The position numbers and the translations under genes are program-made. From NCBI GenBank assembly GCA_030426805.1, contig JAUHXU010000001.1:605584-669583 (forward strand): 64,000 nt of DNA. The letters run 5' to 3'. Positions 20,417 to 31,615 of the stretch are shown here, piece after piece. The stretch comes from a bacterium. Its GTDB lineage: Bacteria > Planctomycetota > JAFGQW01. The notes under the pieces are model-generated. The model was not told where the DNA came from, did not search any database, and worked only from the letters and a program-made list of their open reading frames with translations. Position 1 is the stretch's first letter, and every line of letters begins with the position of its first letter.

Positions 20417-21352
20417 CTACTCGCTCGGCGTGTAGCCGGGCCACGACTCGACGAGCGGCTCGGCGTCGGTCGAGACCGGGGCCGGCGCGTCGAACCCGAC
20501 GCGGAGGTGGCGCGGGAGCGCGAAGAGTCGCGTGTGGGTCGCGCCGTCGTAGAAGCGGAGTCCGGTCACGCCGCGCTCGGCGAGGCGCTCGTCGACGTCG
20601 GTGGGCAAGAGCGTGAGGGGATCGGACGTCCCGAGCACGAACGTCCACTCGCACTTGAACGACGGTACGTGCACGACGAACGGCCGCGCGGCGACAAATG
20701 CGGTGCCGACGGTCGCGAGCACCGTCGCGGGGCAACGGAGCCCCAGCGGCGTCGCGGCGCCGGCCTGCGCGACGACCGCCCCGCCGGCCGCGAGCCGTCG
20801 GGCGAGCGCGGCGTAGAACTCGCGCGTGAACAGCCGACACGACGGCCCGGCGTCGAGCGGGTTGTTCACGTCGACGAGGATGACGTCGTACTCGTCGCCC
20901 GACGATTCGACGAAGGCACGGCCGTCGCCGATGACGAGTTCGAGGCGCGGGTCGTCGAACGCTCCCCGATGAAACGGCTCGAGGTGCTCGCGAGCGACCT
21001 CGACCATCCGCGCGTCGATCTCGACCATCGTCACGTGCTCGACCGTGCGGTGGCGAAGCACCTCTCGGAGCGTCGCGCCCTCTCCCCCGCCGATGATCAG
21101 CACCCGTCGCGGTGACGCGACGGCGACGAGCGCCGGGTGGACGATGGCCTCGTGGTAGATGAACTCGTCGACCTCGGCGCTCTGGAGTTCGCCGCTGAGC
21201 AGCAGGCAGCGACCGTACCCGACGACGCGAACCAGCTCGATCGTCTGAAACGGCGTGCGTTCGTGGACGAGGCGCGCCTCGATTCGGTGCGCGCCGTACT
21301 CGTCCGGGCTGAACCAGTCGACGAGCCAGTCGCCCGCCGGGGGCTCGGTCAC
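20417..21352 (-). CDS. speE: Spermidine synthase (polyamine aminopropyltransferase)
   Basis: TPFQTIE, DEFIYHEAIVHP, RVLIIGGGEGATLREVLRH, VEID, YDVILVD and LFTREFY; GTGA overlap with speD. Confidence 0.93.
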   Translation of the reverse strand: MTEPPAGDWLVDWFSPDEYGAHRIEARLVHERTPFQTIELVRVVGYGRCLLLSGELQSAEVDEFIYHEAIVHPALVAVASPRRVLIIGGGEGATLREVLRHRTVEHVTMVEIDARMVEVAREHLEPFHRGAFDDPRLELVIGDGRAFVESSGDEYDVILVDVNNPLDAGPSCRLFTREFYAALARRLAAGGAVVAQAGAATPLGLRCPATVLATVGTAFVAARPFVVHVPSFKCEWTFVLGTSDPLTLLPTDVDERLAERGVTGLRFYDGATHTRLFALPRHLRVGFDAPAPVSTDAEPLVESWPGYTPSE

Positions 21353-21750
21353 GACGCGTCCGGGATCGCCGCCGGGGCCACCGGGCCGCTCGCGAACTCG
21401 TCGAGGCGACCGCGGGTGAGCGCGATGTCGGTCGTGGACGACGCACCGAGCGCATCGGACAACACGGCACTCGCGCGCTGCGGATCGTTCGCCGGATTGC
21501 AGACGAAGATGTCGACGCTCGCGAGCCCGTACTCGGGCCACGTGTGCAGGCTCAGGTGACTCTCCGCGAGGATCACGACGACGCTGACGCCGATCGGCTC
21601 GTAACGATGCGAGTGAACGTCGACGACGGTCGCCCCCATCGCGTCCGCCGCCTTGATACAATGATCCACGAGGAAGTCGATGTCGTTCAGGCGGGCGGCA
21701 TCGCACGACTTGAAGTCGGCGAGGAGCTGCTGTCCCAGCGTCTGCTTCAT
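21349..21750 (-). CDS. speD: S-adenosylmethionine decarboxylase proenzyme
   Basis: GVSVVVILAESHLSLHTWPEYG...VDIFVC, with the ES autocleavage site; adjacent to speE. Confidence 0.92.
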   Translation of the reverse strand: MKQTLGQQLLADFKSCDAARLNDIDFLVDHCIKAADAMGATVVDVHSHRYEPIGVSVVVILAESHLSLHTWPEYGLASVDIFVCNPANDPQRASAVLSDALGASSTTDIALTRGRLDEFASGPVAPAAIPDAS

Positions 21751-21881
21751 CGTCACCCCTTTGCTCGAGGGCGTGCGCACGGCGCGAAGAGCGGTCACGG
21801 CGCGGAAGCGCCCGGGACTGGAGGGTTTAGTATCCGACCCCCGTTCGTTCAACCCCGGCAGACCCGGCTGCGGCACGCCAC

Positions 21882-22631
21882 GTGAGGGCGACGATCCTCG
21901 ACGATGCCGGCGCGGGGCCGCCGATCGTCTACGTCCCGGGCATCGACGGTACCGGGCGCATGACGATGGGCCTCGAGGAGCGCCTGCGAGAGCGCTTCCG
22001 CGTCGTCCGGCTGCGCTACGACACCGACGGTCCCGACACCTACGAGGCGCTCGCGGCATCGGTGCTCGCGTGCGTCGCTCGTGCCGAGTTGGACGACGCG
22101 ACGCTCCTCGCCGAGTCGTTCGGCGGCGCGGTCGCCGTCACCGCCGCGCTCCGCGACCCCGCGCGGGTTCGCGCACTCGCGCTCGTGAACACGTTTTGCC
22201 GCTATCCTCACCCGCTGCGCCTGCGCATCGCGAACCTCTCCGGGCCGCTCGTGCCGGGCGCGCTCTTCACGTTCGCACGCCGCTTCGCGTTCCGCACGAT
22301 GACCGGTTCGCTCGGGACGGATGCCGAACGCGGCGCGTTCCACGCCACCGACGCGCGCTACTTCGACCGTGCGCTGTGGCGGCGCATGCAGATGATCGCG
22401 GGCATCGACTTGCACCCGCGTCTCGCCGATCTTCGCTGTCCGGTCCACGTGTTCTGTGGGGACCGGGACAAGGTGCTGGCGTCGACGCGCGCCGCCCGCG
22501 CGATCGCGGCCGACGTACCGCACGCGACGGTGCGGACGATCCCGGGCGGCGGGCATCTCGTGCTGCCGATTCTGTCGCTGCCGTGGTCGGATTGGCTCGC
22601 CACGCTCGACCGCGAAGCGATGCGTACGTAA
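21882..22631 (+). CDS. Alpha/beta hydrolase
   Basis: YVPGIDGTG, nucleophile elbow AESFGG, GDRD acid residue, GGH catalytic His. Confidence 0.85.
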   Translation: MRATILDDAGAGPPIVYVPGIDGTGRMTMGLEERLRERFRVVRLRYDTDGPDTYEALAASVLACVARAELDDATLLAESFGGAVAVTAALRDPARVRALALVNTFCRYPHPLRLRIANLSGPLVPGALFTFARRFAFRTMTGSLGTDAERGAFHATDARYFDRALWRRMQMIAGIDLHPRLADLRCPVHVFCGDRDKVLASTRAARAIAADVPHATVRTIPGGGHLVLPILSLPWSDWLATLDREAMRT

Positions 22632-22694
22632 GACACGGGCGCGAGGGTCACTCGCGCCCGTCGGTGTCGATGGCGGTGTCGGTCGTGCCGGCGG

Positions 22695-23483
22695 CTACTT
22701 GTCGGGATCGCCGCCGGGACGGATGATCCGCACCGTGCCGGCCCCGCCCTCGAACTCGAACGAGCCGCCGGCAATGTCGCCGAGCATCATCGGCAAGCCG
22801 CCCATGCCGCCGCGGCGCAGGTAGCGCTTCGCGCGCGTGCCGCGCTTCTCGCCGAGCAGCGTCACGAGTTCGGGCGCGACGTCGTCGACCATCGCCTTCA
22901 TCTCGTCGTTGAGATCCTGCCACGCCCCGGGATCGCCGAACGCGCCGGCGTCCTTCATCTCGGTCATCAGCGCCTTGGCGTTCTTGTCGTAGCTCTCGAA
23001 GATCGGGACGATCTTGTCCATCTCGTCCCACGTCAAGCGCAGGTCCATCGCGATGCGGTCGATGTCGCGACCGTCGCGACCCGTCATCATCGAGAAGAAC
23101 TGGCCCGGGCCCCGGTTGGAGCGCTTCGCCATCTGCTTGACGCGCTTGAGCGTGCGCTGGATGAACGCCTGCACGTGCTTGTCGGTCGTCGCGGCGTGGG
23201 CGGCGCTCAACGCCGGCGTGCTCTGGTGCCCCATCGTCACGAGCGCTTCGCGGACGGCGAAACGAATCCGCGGGTCCTTGTTGCCGACGCTCTTCACCAG
23301 CATCGCGACGAACGCGGCCGCGTTCGGGTCGGCCGGCACCTGCTCCGCCGCCGGCTTCTCGGCAGTCGGGACCGGCTTCGGAGCGCCAGGGGCGTCGGGC
23401 TTCGTCGGAGGCGTCGGATTCTGCGCGGCGACGCCGCCGGCGACCAGGCCGACGATCGCGGCGGAAGCGAGTGCTCTCTTCAT
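22695..23483 (-). CDS. Secreted helical protein with a HEAT-like repeat
   Basis: Signal peptide MKRALASAA...VAAQ; Pro-rich linker; DPRIRFAVREALVTMG HEAT-like segment. Confidence 0.65.
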   Translation of the reverse strand: MKRALASAAIVGLVAGGVAAQNPTPPTKPDAPGAPKPVPTAEKPAAEQVPADPNAAAFVAMLVKSVGNKDPRIRFAVREALVTMGHQSTPALSAAHAATTDKHVQAFIQRTLKRVKQMAKRSNRGPGQFFSMMTGRDGRDIDRIAMDLRLTWDEMDKIVPIFESYDKNAKALMTEMKDAGAFGDPGAWQDLNDEMKAMVDDVAPELVTLLGEKRGTRAKRYLRRGGMGGLPMMLGDIAGGSFEFEGGAGTVRIIRPGGDPDK

Positions 23484-23601
23484 GACGGTGGTCCTCTCGT
23501 GCATCAGCGGTTCGGCATCGGCGGGGTCTCGGCCCCACGCGTCGGCACTACGCCGGCCGATCCCGCCACGCCCCCCGCATTCTCGCAGAAACCGCCGCGG
23601 G

Positions 23602-24897
23602 TCAGCGAAGCGTGAGTTCGTTGACCGCCGGATCGGTGATCAACGCGATGCCGAGCGGGGCGGCCGGATCGAGCACAAGCGCTTGGGCCCAAACGCGAAA
23701 CGTCAATGCGCGCCCGCCGATCGGCGTCAGGTCGAGGGTCGCCGTGGCCTGCCCCCCGGCGAGGACGCCGACGGCGCCGGACAACAGGCCACCGAGGCGG
23801 TTCGCGACGCTGGAGAACGTGATCGCGTCGACCGTCAGCGGGATCCGACGTCCGTCGGCGAGCGGAACGCCCGGGCGCGTGCCGCTCACGCCGAGCGCCA
23901 GCACGTACGGGCGGCCGGCCAGTGCGGGGTCCGTCACCTGCACGTCGATCGCCCAGCGATTCGCCTCGAGAGGCCGCCACCGAAGCGTCCGGCTCCCGAT
24001 CGGCACGACGCGGTACGCATCGCCGATGCCGAGCGTCCCGAGCTTCTGCGGCACGCCGCTCGTCACGTCGATCGACCAGAGGCCCTCCGACGTTCCGCCG
24101 TCCCACGCGGCGACGAGAAGCCGCGGGTTCGCGGCGCTCGCGCGCTCGACCGCGATCGAGTAGCCGCCGGCGAGCGCCGTGGACGTGTGCCACACGCGCG
24201 GCGTCGACTGCCCGAGATCGAGCACTTCGATCGAGCGACCGGTCGTACCGTTGCAGCAGGAGCCGGAGTAGATCGCGCCCGTGTTCGGATCGCGCGCTAT
24301 GCCGAACCGAAACTCGAACCCGGTCGCGACCGTCGTGAACGCGGAACCGTCCGGTTCGAGTCGAAACAGCGGCGTGTTCAACGTCGTCTGCCCGTCGGAG
24401 ACGAGCAGGTCGGCGGTGTCGACGTCGTAGTGGATGTTGCGCGGCGTGTAGAACGGCTCGCCGATGCCGGCGGCCATGCGGAGTGTCGAGGTGCTGCCCG
24501 CTTCGAGCACGCGCTCGATCGTGTGGTCGACGCGATTGGCGAATACGAGTGCGCCGTCGCCGTCGACCGTCAGGTCGGACATGTGGAACGGCGAGAAGAA
24601 CGCCGGGGATCCGAAGATCGTGCCGACGAGCGCGTGCTGCACCGGGTCGATCTGGACGACCGCGCCGAGCGACGCGTCGAACGCGAGGACGGTGCGGTTG
24701 TCCGGCGCCATCGTCGCGCTGATGATCGCCTGCGGACCGAGATTCGTCGTCGTGACGACGCCGGCGGGCGTGACGGTCGCGACGCCGTTGGCGCCGGCGA
24801 CGAACCAGCCCTGCGAATACCGCTGCGCACCGACGTCGTCGGTCGTCGCGACGGCGACGGTCAGTGCAATCGCCAGCCAGGTGAGATCGATGCGCAT
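23602..24897 (-). CDS. Secreted beta-propeller (NHL/SMP-30-like) plus shared C-terminal domain
   Basis: Signal peptide; blade-like repeats (MAPDNRTVL, TVDGDGALV, DVDTADLLV, RDPNTGAIY); paralog of 47992-49242. Confidence 0.7.
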   Translation of the reverse strand: MRIDLTWLAIALTVAVATTDDVGAQRYSQGWFVAGANGVATVTPAGVVTTTNLGPQAIISATMAPDNRTVLAFDASLGAVVQIDPVQHALVGTIFGSPAFFSPFHMSDLTVDGDGALVFANRVDHTIERVLEAGSTSTLRMAAGIGEPFYTPRNIHYDVDTADLLVSDGQTTLNTPLFRLEPDGSAFTTVATGFEFRFGIARDPNTGAIYSGSCCNGTTGRSIEVLDLGQSTPRVWHTSTALAGGYSIAVERASAANPRLLVAAWDGGTSEGLWSIDVTSGVPQKLGTLGIGDAYRVVPIGSRTLRWRPLEANRWAIDVQVTDPALAGRPYVLALGVSGTRPGVPLADGRRIPLTVDAITFSSVANRLGGLLSGAVGVLAGGQATATLDLTPIGGRALTFRVWAQALVLDPAAPLGIALITDPAVNELTLR

Positions 24898-24921
24898 CGT
24901 CGTCCTCCTCGTGGCCGGCGA

Positions 24922-25830
24922 TTATAGCGCAAGCGTGGCGGCGAGCCGCACCGTCCGACGGTGGATCGCGACGGTGTCCTCGATCCGGCGGCCATACCCG
25001 CCCGCCATCGCGACGACGACCGGGACGCGATCCGCCGCGCAGCGCTCGAACACGGCGCGATCGCGTGCGGCGAGCCCGTCGTGGGTCAACGCGAGCCGGC
25101 CGAGGCGGTCGCCCTCGTGCGGGTCGGCGCCCGCGAGATAGATCACGAGATCCGGCCGGTCTCGGAATGCGACGTCGAGTGCCGGCGCGAGCGCCGCGAG
25201 GTAGTCGTCGTCCCCGGTGCCGGCGGGGAGCGCCACGTCGAGATCGCTCGCCTCCTTGCGGGCGGGGTAGTTCTCCGCGCAGTGCACCGACAACGTGAAG
25301 ACCGACGGCGTGTCGGCGAAGATCGCGGCGGTGCCGTTTCCCTGGTGCACGTCGAGGTCGACGATCGCGACGCGCGACACCGCCCCCTCCGCCTCGAGCG
25401 TGGATGCGACGATCGCCGCGTCGTTGAAGACGCAGAAGCCCTCGCCGCGATCGCGGAACGCGTGGTGGGTGCCGCCCGACAGATGGACGCCGACACCGTC
25501 TCGAAGTGCCGCGCGCGCGGCACCGAGCGTGCCACCGGCGGAGCGGACCGCCCGCTCGACGAGTGCCGCCGACCACGGGAAGCCGATCCGGTTCACCTCC
25601 CCGCGTGTGAGGCGGCCGGCGCGAACGCGCGCGATCCAATCGACGTCGTGGACCCGGCGAAGGTCGTCGTCGTCGACGGCCGCGGCTTCGACGAGCCGCC
25701 CCACGCGATCGGCGACGACCGCCTCGCGCAACCGGCGATACTTCTCGAGCGGAAACCGGTGTCCGTCGGGCAGCGGAAGCGGGACGTGATCGCAGGTGTG
25801 GATCTCGATCGCCACCCCCGCCTCGGTCAC
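24922..25830 (-). CDS. Histone deacetylase family protein (class IV-like)
   Basis: [39 protein letters not shown] and MAGGY motifs. Confidence 0.93.
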   Translation of the reverse strand: MTEAGVAIEIHTCDHVPLPLPDGHRFPLEKYRRLREAVVADRVGRLVEAAAVDDDDLRRVHDVDWIARVRAGRLTRGEVNRIGFPWSAALVERAVRSAGGTLGAARAALRDGVGVHLSGGTHHAFRDRGEGFCVFNDAAIVASTLEAEGAVSRVAIVDLDVHQGNGTAAIFADTPSVFTLSVHCAENYPARKEASDLDVALPAGTGDDDYLAALAPALDVAFRDRPDLVIYLAGADPHEGDRLGRLALTHDGLAARDRAVFERCAADRVPVVVAMAGGYGRRIEDTVAIHRRTVRLAATLAL

Positions 25831-28727
25831 TCCTTGCGCTCGGGCACGATCGTCAGCGTGAGTCGCTTGCCGTCGCGCTCGACGACGACCGTCGTCTCGG
25901 TACCGGGCTTCAGTGCCTCCATCGCGTGCATGTAGCCGTAGATGTCGCCGACCGCCTTGCCGCCGAGTTCGACGATCACGTCGCCGCTCTTCAGCCCGGC
26001 CTTGTCCGCGGGGCTTCCCTTGCGGGTGCCCTGGATCTTCATGCCCTCGATGTCGGTCGCACCGTAGTCCGGCATCGTGCCGAGCGCGACGTTGCCGGTC
26101 ATCCGGCGCGGGCCGGCCTTGCGCTCGAGGCGGCGGTAATCCGGCACCGACTCGCTGATCGCGAGTCCGCGTGCGATCAGGCCGATCAGCTTCGCAACGC
26201 GTGCGGTCGCGTCGTAGTCGAGCTTGTCCGGCGTGTCACGCGGCGTGTGGTAGTCGCTGTGCGCGCCCGTGAACGCCGAGAGGACCGGCACGCCCTTCAG
26301 GTAGAACGCGGTCGAATCGGTCGGGAGGAACGCGTCGTCGTTGAGCTTGAGCGGCAAGCCGATCGGCACGTTGCGCTTCTCGATCTCCTTGCGCCACACC
26401 TCGCTCGACCCCACGCCCTGGAGGATCAGCGCGTCGCGCAGACGACCGATCATGTCGAGGTTCAAGTAGGCCGCGACGGGCGGGTTCACGTCGCCGCCGT
26501 CGGCGAGCGAACGAACGTAGTGGTTCGACCCGAGGAGTCCGAGTTCCTCGCCCGACCAGCACGCGAACACGAGGTCGTGCTGAAGCGCGAGCTTGCCGCG
26601 CTCCTTCATCGACGCCAGCCACTGCGCGATCTCGAGCACCGCGGCGACGCCCGACGCGTTGTCGTCGGCACCGTAGTGAATGCCGCCGACCTCGTCGCCG
26701 TGCGCGAGCGAGTTGCCGCCCTCGCCGTGGCCGAGGTGATCGTAGTGTGCGCCAATCACGATCATCGACGCGATCGGCGTGTCACCCGCGCACAAGCGCG
26801 CGACGACGTTTCGCCCGGTCTTCTCGATCGGGACGAGGTCGATCGTCGCGGCGAGTTCGACGTGCGCGAGCGTAGCCGGCGTGCCGGGCTCGCCACCCTC
26901 GAGCGGCTCTTGCAACGACGCGAGCGTTCCGTGCGAGCCCTTCGCGAGCATCCGGTCCGCCAGCGCATTGCTGATGCCGATCGCCGGGAGGCTGCCCCCG
27001 CCGGCGGCACCGTCGAACTCGATCGCCGGCAACGCGGTGCGGTAGTGCGAGCGCGGCCCGTGCACGACGATCATCCCGCGCGCGCCGCGGTCCGCGAGGT
27101 TCGCGGCCTTGAAGCGCTCGTTCGCGAACCGACGCAGGTGCGCCGACCACTCCGGCTCGACGTCGCCCGGCGTCCCGCGCAGGACCATGACCCACTTGTC
27201 GGCGACGTCGATTGCGCCGAATGAGTCGTAGGCGGGGAACGAACCGGTCGCCGGCGCGTTGATTCCGTAGCCTGCGAACACGACCTCGGCCGCGCCGACC
27301 GCGCCGTTCTTCGAGAAGCCGAGCGGGTTGAAGTCGTTGCCGATCGAGAGCGCCGCGTCGATGCCGGCGATCGCGAGGCGATTGGTCTTGCCCGGCTCGA
27401 CGCCGGCGGTGAACGCAAACGGCTGGAAGAACGTGCCGTTGTCGCCGTCGGGCAACAGCCCCGCGTCGGCGAACGTCGACGCGATGTAGTCGCCGGCCGC
27501 GCGTTCACCGGCGCTGCCGGTCGCGCGGCCGGCGAGCTCGGGGGACGCGAGGTGCGCGACGTGGGCGCGCAGTTCGGCCGGCGTGACGGCTGCGTTGGCG
27601 TGCTTGTCGCGCGCTTTCTTCAATGCGGCGAGCGCCGCCTCGTGGTTCCAGTCGCCGAAGTAGATCTGACCGTTCTTGCGACCGCCGCCATGACGGGTCG
27701 ACGTCCACGCGATTCGCTTGCCGTCGGGCGTGAACGCGGCGAGGCCGTCGAAGCCGTCGGTGTACGTGACCCGCACCGGCGGGCCGCCCTCGACCGGCAC
27801 GAGGTAGAGCTCGAAGTTCGAGAAACCGAGCTTGTTCGTCGCGAAGACGAGGTACTCATTCGACGGGTGGTAGAACGGCGCCCACGACAACGCGCCGAGG
27901 CTCGTCAGCTTGCGCACGTCGGAGCCGTCGATGTTCATCGTGTAGATCTCGGCGGTGGTCTTGTCGCTGAACCGCCGCCAGCAGATCCGCTTGCCGTCCG
28001 GGCTGAAGAACGGGCCGCCGTCGTAACCCTTCACGTCCATCAACCGCTTCACGTTCGAGCCGTCGGCGGTCATGATGTAGATGTCGAGCATGAACGACGG
28101 GTCGAGTTCGAACTTCTTGCGCTCCGACGCGCTCATCTTGTCCGCATTCGGACCGTACGCGTGGCGGTTCGACGCGAACGCGATCAGCTTCCCGTCGGGC
28201 GAGAACGAGCCTTCCGCGTCGTAGCCGAGCGCGTTCGTGACGTTGACGCGCTCGGAGCCATCGACCTTCTGCACGAAGATGTCGTAGTGCTCATCGACCT
28301 TCCACGAGTAGCGTTCCTCTTTGCCCTCGGCGCGCTTCGCGAGTTCGGCCTTCTGCTTCGCGACCGCATCGGGGTCGAGGTGCGTGGACGCGTAGAGCAC
28401 CCGTTCGCCGTCGGGGTGGATCCACGCGCACGTCGTGCGCCCCATGCCGGGCGAGACGCGCGTCGTGTCGCCCGTCTCCATGTCCATCACGTAGATCTGG
28501 TAGAACGGGTTGCCCGGCTCCCGCTCGCTCTGGAAGATCATCCGCGAGCCGTCGGCGCTGAAGTAGCCCTCGCCCGCACGACGTCCTTCGAAGGTCAGGC
28601 GTCGCGTGTTCGTGATGAACGCCGCCTCCTCCGGTCCGCTCTCGAATGCCCCCGGCGCCTGCGCCGTGCCGAAAGATGCTGCGACCACACTCATCGTGGC
28701 CCACCAGCAGAACAGCGATCGCGTCAT
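25827..28727 (-). CDS. M28 aminopeptidase with TolB-like propeller, PA and PDZ domains
   Basis: PD40 repeats (FSPDGK); [40 protein letters not shown]; C-terminal PDZ ([14 protein letters not shown]). Confidence 0.92.
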   Translation of the reverse strand: MTRSLFCWWATMSVVAASFGTAQAPGAFESGPEEAAFITNTRRLTFEGRRAGEGYFSADGSRMIFQSEREPGNPFYQIYVMDMETGDTTRVSPGMGRTTCAWIHPDGERVLYASTHLDPDAVAKQKAELAKRAEGKEERYSWKVDEHYDIFVQKVDGSERVNVTNALGYDAEGSFSPDGKLIAFASNRHAYGPNADKMSASERKKFELDPSFMLDIYIMTADGSNVKRLMDVKGYDGGPFFSPDGKRICWRRFSDKTTAEIYTMNIDGSDVRKLTSLGALSWAPFYHPSNEYLVFATNKLGFSNFELYLVPVEGGPPVRVTYTDGFDGLAAFTPDGKRIAWTSTRHGGGRKNGQIYFGDWNHEAALAALKKARDKHANAAVTPAELRAHVAHLASPELAGRATGSAGERAAGDYIASTFADAGLLPDGDNGTFFQPFAFTAGVEPGKTNRLAIAGIDAALSIGNDFNPLGFSKNGAVGAAEVVFAGYGINAPATGSFPAYDSFGAIDVADKWVMVLRGTPGDVEPEWSAHLRRFANERFKAANLADRGARGMIVVHGPRSHYRTALPAIEFDGAAGGGSLPAIGISNALADRMLAKGSHGTLASLQEPLEGGEPGTPATLAHVELAATIDLVPIEKTGRNVVARLCAGDTPIASMIVIGAHYDHLGHGEGGNSLAHGDEVGGIHYGADDNASGVAAVLEIAQWLASMKERGKLALQHDLVFACWSGEELGLLGSNHYVRSLADGGDVNPPVAAYLNLDMIGRLRDALILQGVGSSEVWRKEIEKRNVPIGLPLKLNDDAFLPTDSTAFYLKGVPVLSAFTGAHSDYHTPRDTPDKLDYDATARVAKLIGLIARGLAISESVPDYRRLERKAGPRRMTGNVALGTMPDYGATDIEGMKIQGTRKGSPADKAGLKSGDVIVELGGKAVGDIYGYMHAMEALKPGTETTVVVERDGKRLTLTIVPERKE

Positions 28728-28935
28728 TTCCTTCGTTCCTCGGAGTTCGCCCATCACGGATCCACTCGAGCCAAGGATAGCACCTCGCCACACCCCCGTC
28801 GGGTTGGACGCACTCGGCGGCGGGGAGGGGTGCGGACGAACGGCCCCGGGAGCGCTCCGAACCCGAAGTCGCGGCCGAGCGTCTACCACGCTCGGGGTGC
28901 TACAGGCTTCGGGGGCGGTGGCGGGCCCGTCGGGG

Positions 28936-29116
28936 TTGGATGCGCTTCGCGCACGGATCGTGCACCACAAACGCGGCATGGGTGCGCTTGGTGCGCGGAT
29001 GCTGCACCGAAACGCACGCGAATCCCGGCTCATCGCGCGCATCGGGTGCATGATCGCCGCGCCAAGCGCGCACATCGGGCGAACCGGTGCAGGATCGGCC
29101 CGCCAAGCGCAAACAA
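28936..29116. repeat. REP/BIME-like cluster: two direct and two inverted copies of a ~31-nt unit
   Basis: Forward copies at 28936-28966 and 28978-29008 (...TGCGCTT.G.GC.CGGAT..TGCACC); reverse copies at 29045-29075 and 29086-29116. Confidence 0.6.
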
Positions 29117-29206
29117 CGCCCTGCCCACCTCCCCGGAGTGCCCCTCACCGTCGGCGTCGCTCGCACCCCGCGATGCCGATGCCGAGCGCACTCGCCCCCC
29201 CGGCGC

Positions 29207-30676
29207 CTACTCCCGGCGGCCGGTGCGGTGGTGGTTGCCGCGGAAGGTCGTCCAGGCGGGCCCCTTGCCGCCGAGACGGATCGCGATCGCGTGGCCGAAG
29301 TTGTCTTTCTTCATCGCGCCGCCCTTGCCGTAGAAGCCGCGCCCGCAGACGAAGAACGCGTCGAGGGTGCCGTCGCCGTCGAAGTCGGCGATGACCGGTG
29401 CCGACGCGATCCGGGCGCCACGCTGTCCGCCCACCGGGTCGACGCGATGGCGCAGGACCTGCCGGCCCGTCTTGCCGTCGAGCGCGCGGAGTTCGTTGCC
29501 GACGCAGAACACCACGTCCGCGTCGCCGTCCCCGTCGGCGTCCGCGATTACGGCTCCACGCGAGACCGACGTCGGCACCGCCGCGCGCCACTGGCGCTTG
29601 CCGGTCGCCGCGTCGAACGCGACGACGGCACGACCACCGCAGACGATCGCCTCCTCGCGTCCGTCCGCGTCGATGTCGGCGACCGTCACCGGCGCGAACA
29701 GGTACTCGCCCTCGATGCGTCGATGCCACCGCTCCGCACCGTCTCGGCCGAGCGCGTAGACGTCGCCGGCGCACGTCGACACGACGAGAACCCGCTCTTC
29801 CCCGATCACCGCGACCGCCGGGCCGTGGTACATCCCGAACGCCTTGTCGCCGTCGGCGGTCTCGAAGCGCCACAACGGCGTTCCGTCCTTGCCCGAGAAC
29901 GCGTGCACGCCGCGATCACCGCGCCATGACGTCACGACGACGTCCAGTACCTGGTCGCCGTCGAGGTCGATCAGGCACGGCGCCGACTGTACGCAGCCGG
30001 GGACCTTCTGCTCCCACACGAGCGCGCGATCCTTCGCGCGGTAGACCCCGACCCGGCCCTTGCGGTCCCCGAGCCACATCGACCCGACGACGATCTCGTT
30101 CTGTCCGTCGCCGTCGAGGTCCGCGATCGCGGGCGGCGAGTCGGTGCTGTTCGGCAGCTTGAGCCGCCACTGTTCGCGCCCACGCCCATCGACGCAGAAC
30201 AGGTTGCCGGTCGAGGAATCCGCGGCGAGCACGTCGAGACGCCCGTCGCCGTCGACATCGGCGATCGCGACACTCGCGTCGAGCGGACCGCGATCGGATT
30301 CGAACCGCCACTCGACGGTGCCGGTCTTCGCATCGAGCGCGTAGAGGTGGCGGTCGTTGAAGTAGGTGCCGAAGACGATCTCGAGCGCACCGTCGCCGTC
30401 GATGTCGGCGACCGCTCCGGAGCCCTTCGAGTCGCTCGTCGTCGCGACGCGCCACAGGAGCCGTTGCGACGACGACGCCTTCACGACCGTCGCGGCGAGC
30501 GCGGACTCGCGCTGGCGAAGCGCGCGCAGTTCGCCCTCGAGTTTCTCGATCTCCGCGCGGACGCGCGCGAGCTCCTTCGCGTCGGACCGCTGGGCGACGA
30601 CCGTCGCGCTCAGCGCGACGAGGCTCAGCGCGACGGCGCCGGCACGGATCAGAATGGCGGACGGCAGGCGCGGCAT
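29207..30676 (-). CDS. Secreted FG-GAP/PQQ-like beta-propeller protein
   Basis: Signal peptide; short coiled coil; repeated ADxDGDGxxE/D Ca-binding motifs alternating with DAKTG..EW PQQ-type motifs. Confidence 0.85.
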   Translation of the reverse strand: MPRLPSAILIRAGAVALSLVALSATVVAQRSDAKELARVRAEIEKLEGELRALRQRESALAATVVKASSSQRLLWRVATTSDSKGSGAVADIDGDGALEIVFGTYFNDRHLYALDAKTGTVEWRFESDRGPLDASVAIADVDGDGRLDVLAADSSTGNLFCVDGRGREQWRLKLPNSTDSPPAIADLDGDGQNEIVVGSMWLGDRKGRVGVYRAKDRALVWEQKVPGCVQSAPCLIDLDGDQVLDVVVTSWRGDRGVHAFSGKDGTPLWRFETADGDKAFGMYHGPAVAVIGEERVLVVSTCAGDVYALGRDGAERWHRRIEGEYLFAPVTVADIDADGREEAIVCGGRAVVAFDAATGKRQWRAAVPTSVSRGAVIADADGDGDADVVFCVGNELRALDGKTGRQVLRHRVDPVGGQRGARIASAPVIADFDGDGTLDAFFVCGRGFYGKGGAMKKDNFGHAIAIRLGGKGPAWTTFRGNHHRTGRRE

Positions 30677-30752
30677 CGCGGGCTCCTTCGGGGCAGCCGG
30701 TGCGGGATTGCACCGGCCCCGATGATACCGCGATGCGCGCGCGGAGCGCGGA

Positions 30753-31358
30753 TCAGCGCGACAGGAACTCGATCAGGCGGCCCTGATCGAGGCGGAGCGA
30801 CACGTCGTCGGCCGCCGGCACTGCGAGGATCTTGATCTCGCGCTTCTGCGCGTCGACCTCGAGCCACTGCGGCACCTGTCCCTCGGTGCCGGCGATGATG
30901 TCCTCGTAGACCTTCTTGTTGCGGTCGCGGACCTGCAGCACGTCGCCGGCCTTGACCTGGATCGACGGGATGTCGATCTTGCGGCCGTTGAGCAGCCAGT
31001 GGCCGTGGTTCACGAACTGCCGCGCCTGCGGGCGCGTGAACGCGAAGCCGGAGCAGCGCACGACGTTGTCGACGCGACGCTCGCAGAGGACGAGCAGGTT
31101 CTCACCCGTGTTGCCCTTCTGCTTCTTCGCGGCCTTGAACATGTTGCGCACTTGCTTGTCGGTCAGGCCGTAGAAGTAGCGGAGCTTCTGCTTTTCGCGG
31201 AGGCCGTCACCGAACTCGGTGCTCTTCTTGCGGGCTTGGCCGTGCTGGCCCGGGGGGAACGGGCGGCGGTTCTGCGCCTTGATCGCCCCGGTGTTCTCCA
31301 TGATGATCTCGCCGAGGCGGCGATTGATGCGTGCGCGCGGACCGGTATAACGACTCAT
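30753..31358 (-). CDS. rpsD: 30S ribosomal protein S4
   Basis: MSRYTGP...PPGQHG...LREKQKLR..YGL...GNTGENLL..ERRVDNVV...TRPQARQFVNHGH. Confidence 0.97.
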   Translation of the reverse strand: MSRYTGPRARINRRLGEIIMENTGAIKAQNRRPFPPGQHGQARKKSTEFGDGLREKQKLRYFYGLTDKQVRNMFKAAKKQKGNTGENLLVLCERRVDNVVRCSGFAFTRPQARQFVNHGHWLLNGRKIDIPSIQVKAGDVLQVRDRNKKVYEDIIAGTEGQVPQWLEVDAQKREIKILAVPAADDVSLRLDQGRLIEFLSR

Positions 31359-31615
31359 ATGCTCTCGATGCCTATCCAGTCGGGGCTCCCGCGGGCACGA
31401 TGCTCGCGGCGAGCGGTTCGGTTTGCACCACCCGGGCGCCCGGGAACGTCCCGAGGCGGACTGCGGCGTCCCGATCCAGGCATCACCGCGCGCCGAGGCG
31501 CGCAGCTCGATCGGGGGCCGGGGTGGCGATTCAGACCGGAAACTTCGCCCGTCCCCACCGGATTTCAACCGTTTTCGCCCCCCGTCGGGGCATCCCGCGT
31601 GTAGAGGAGGCCGGT

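Noticed and set aside
28936-29116. Mini CRISPR array
   Set aside because: Units are degenerate, switch orientation, and same-orientation copies are only ~10-11 nt apart.
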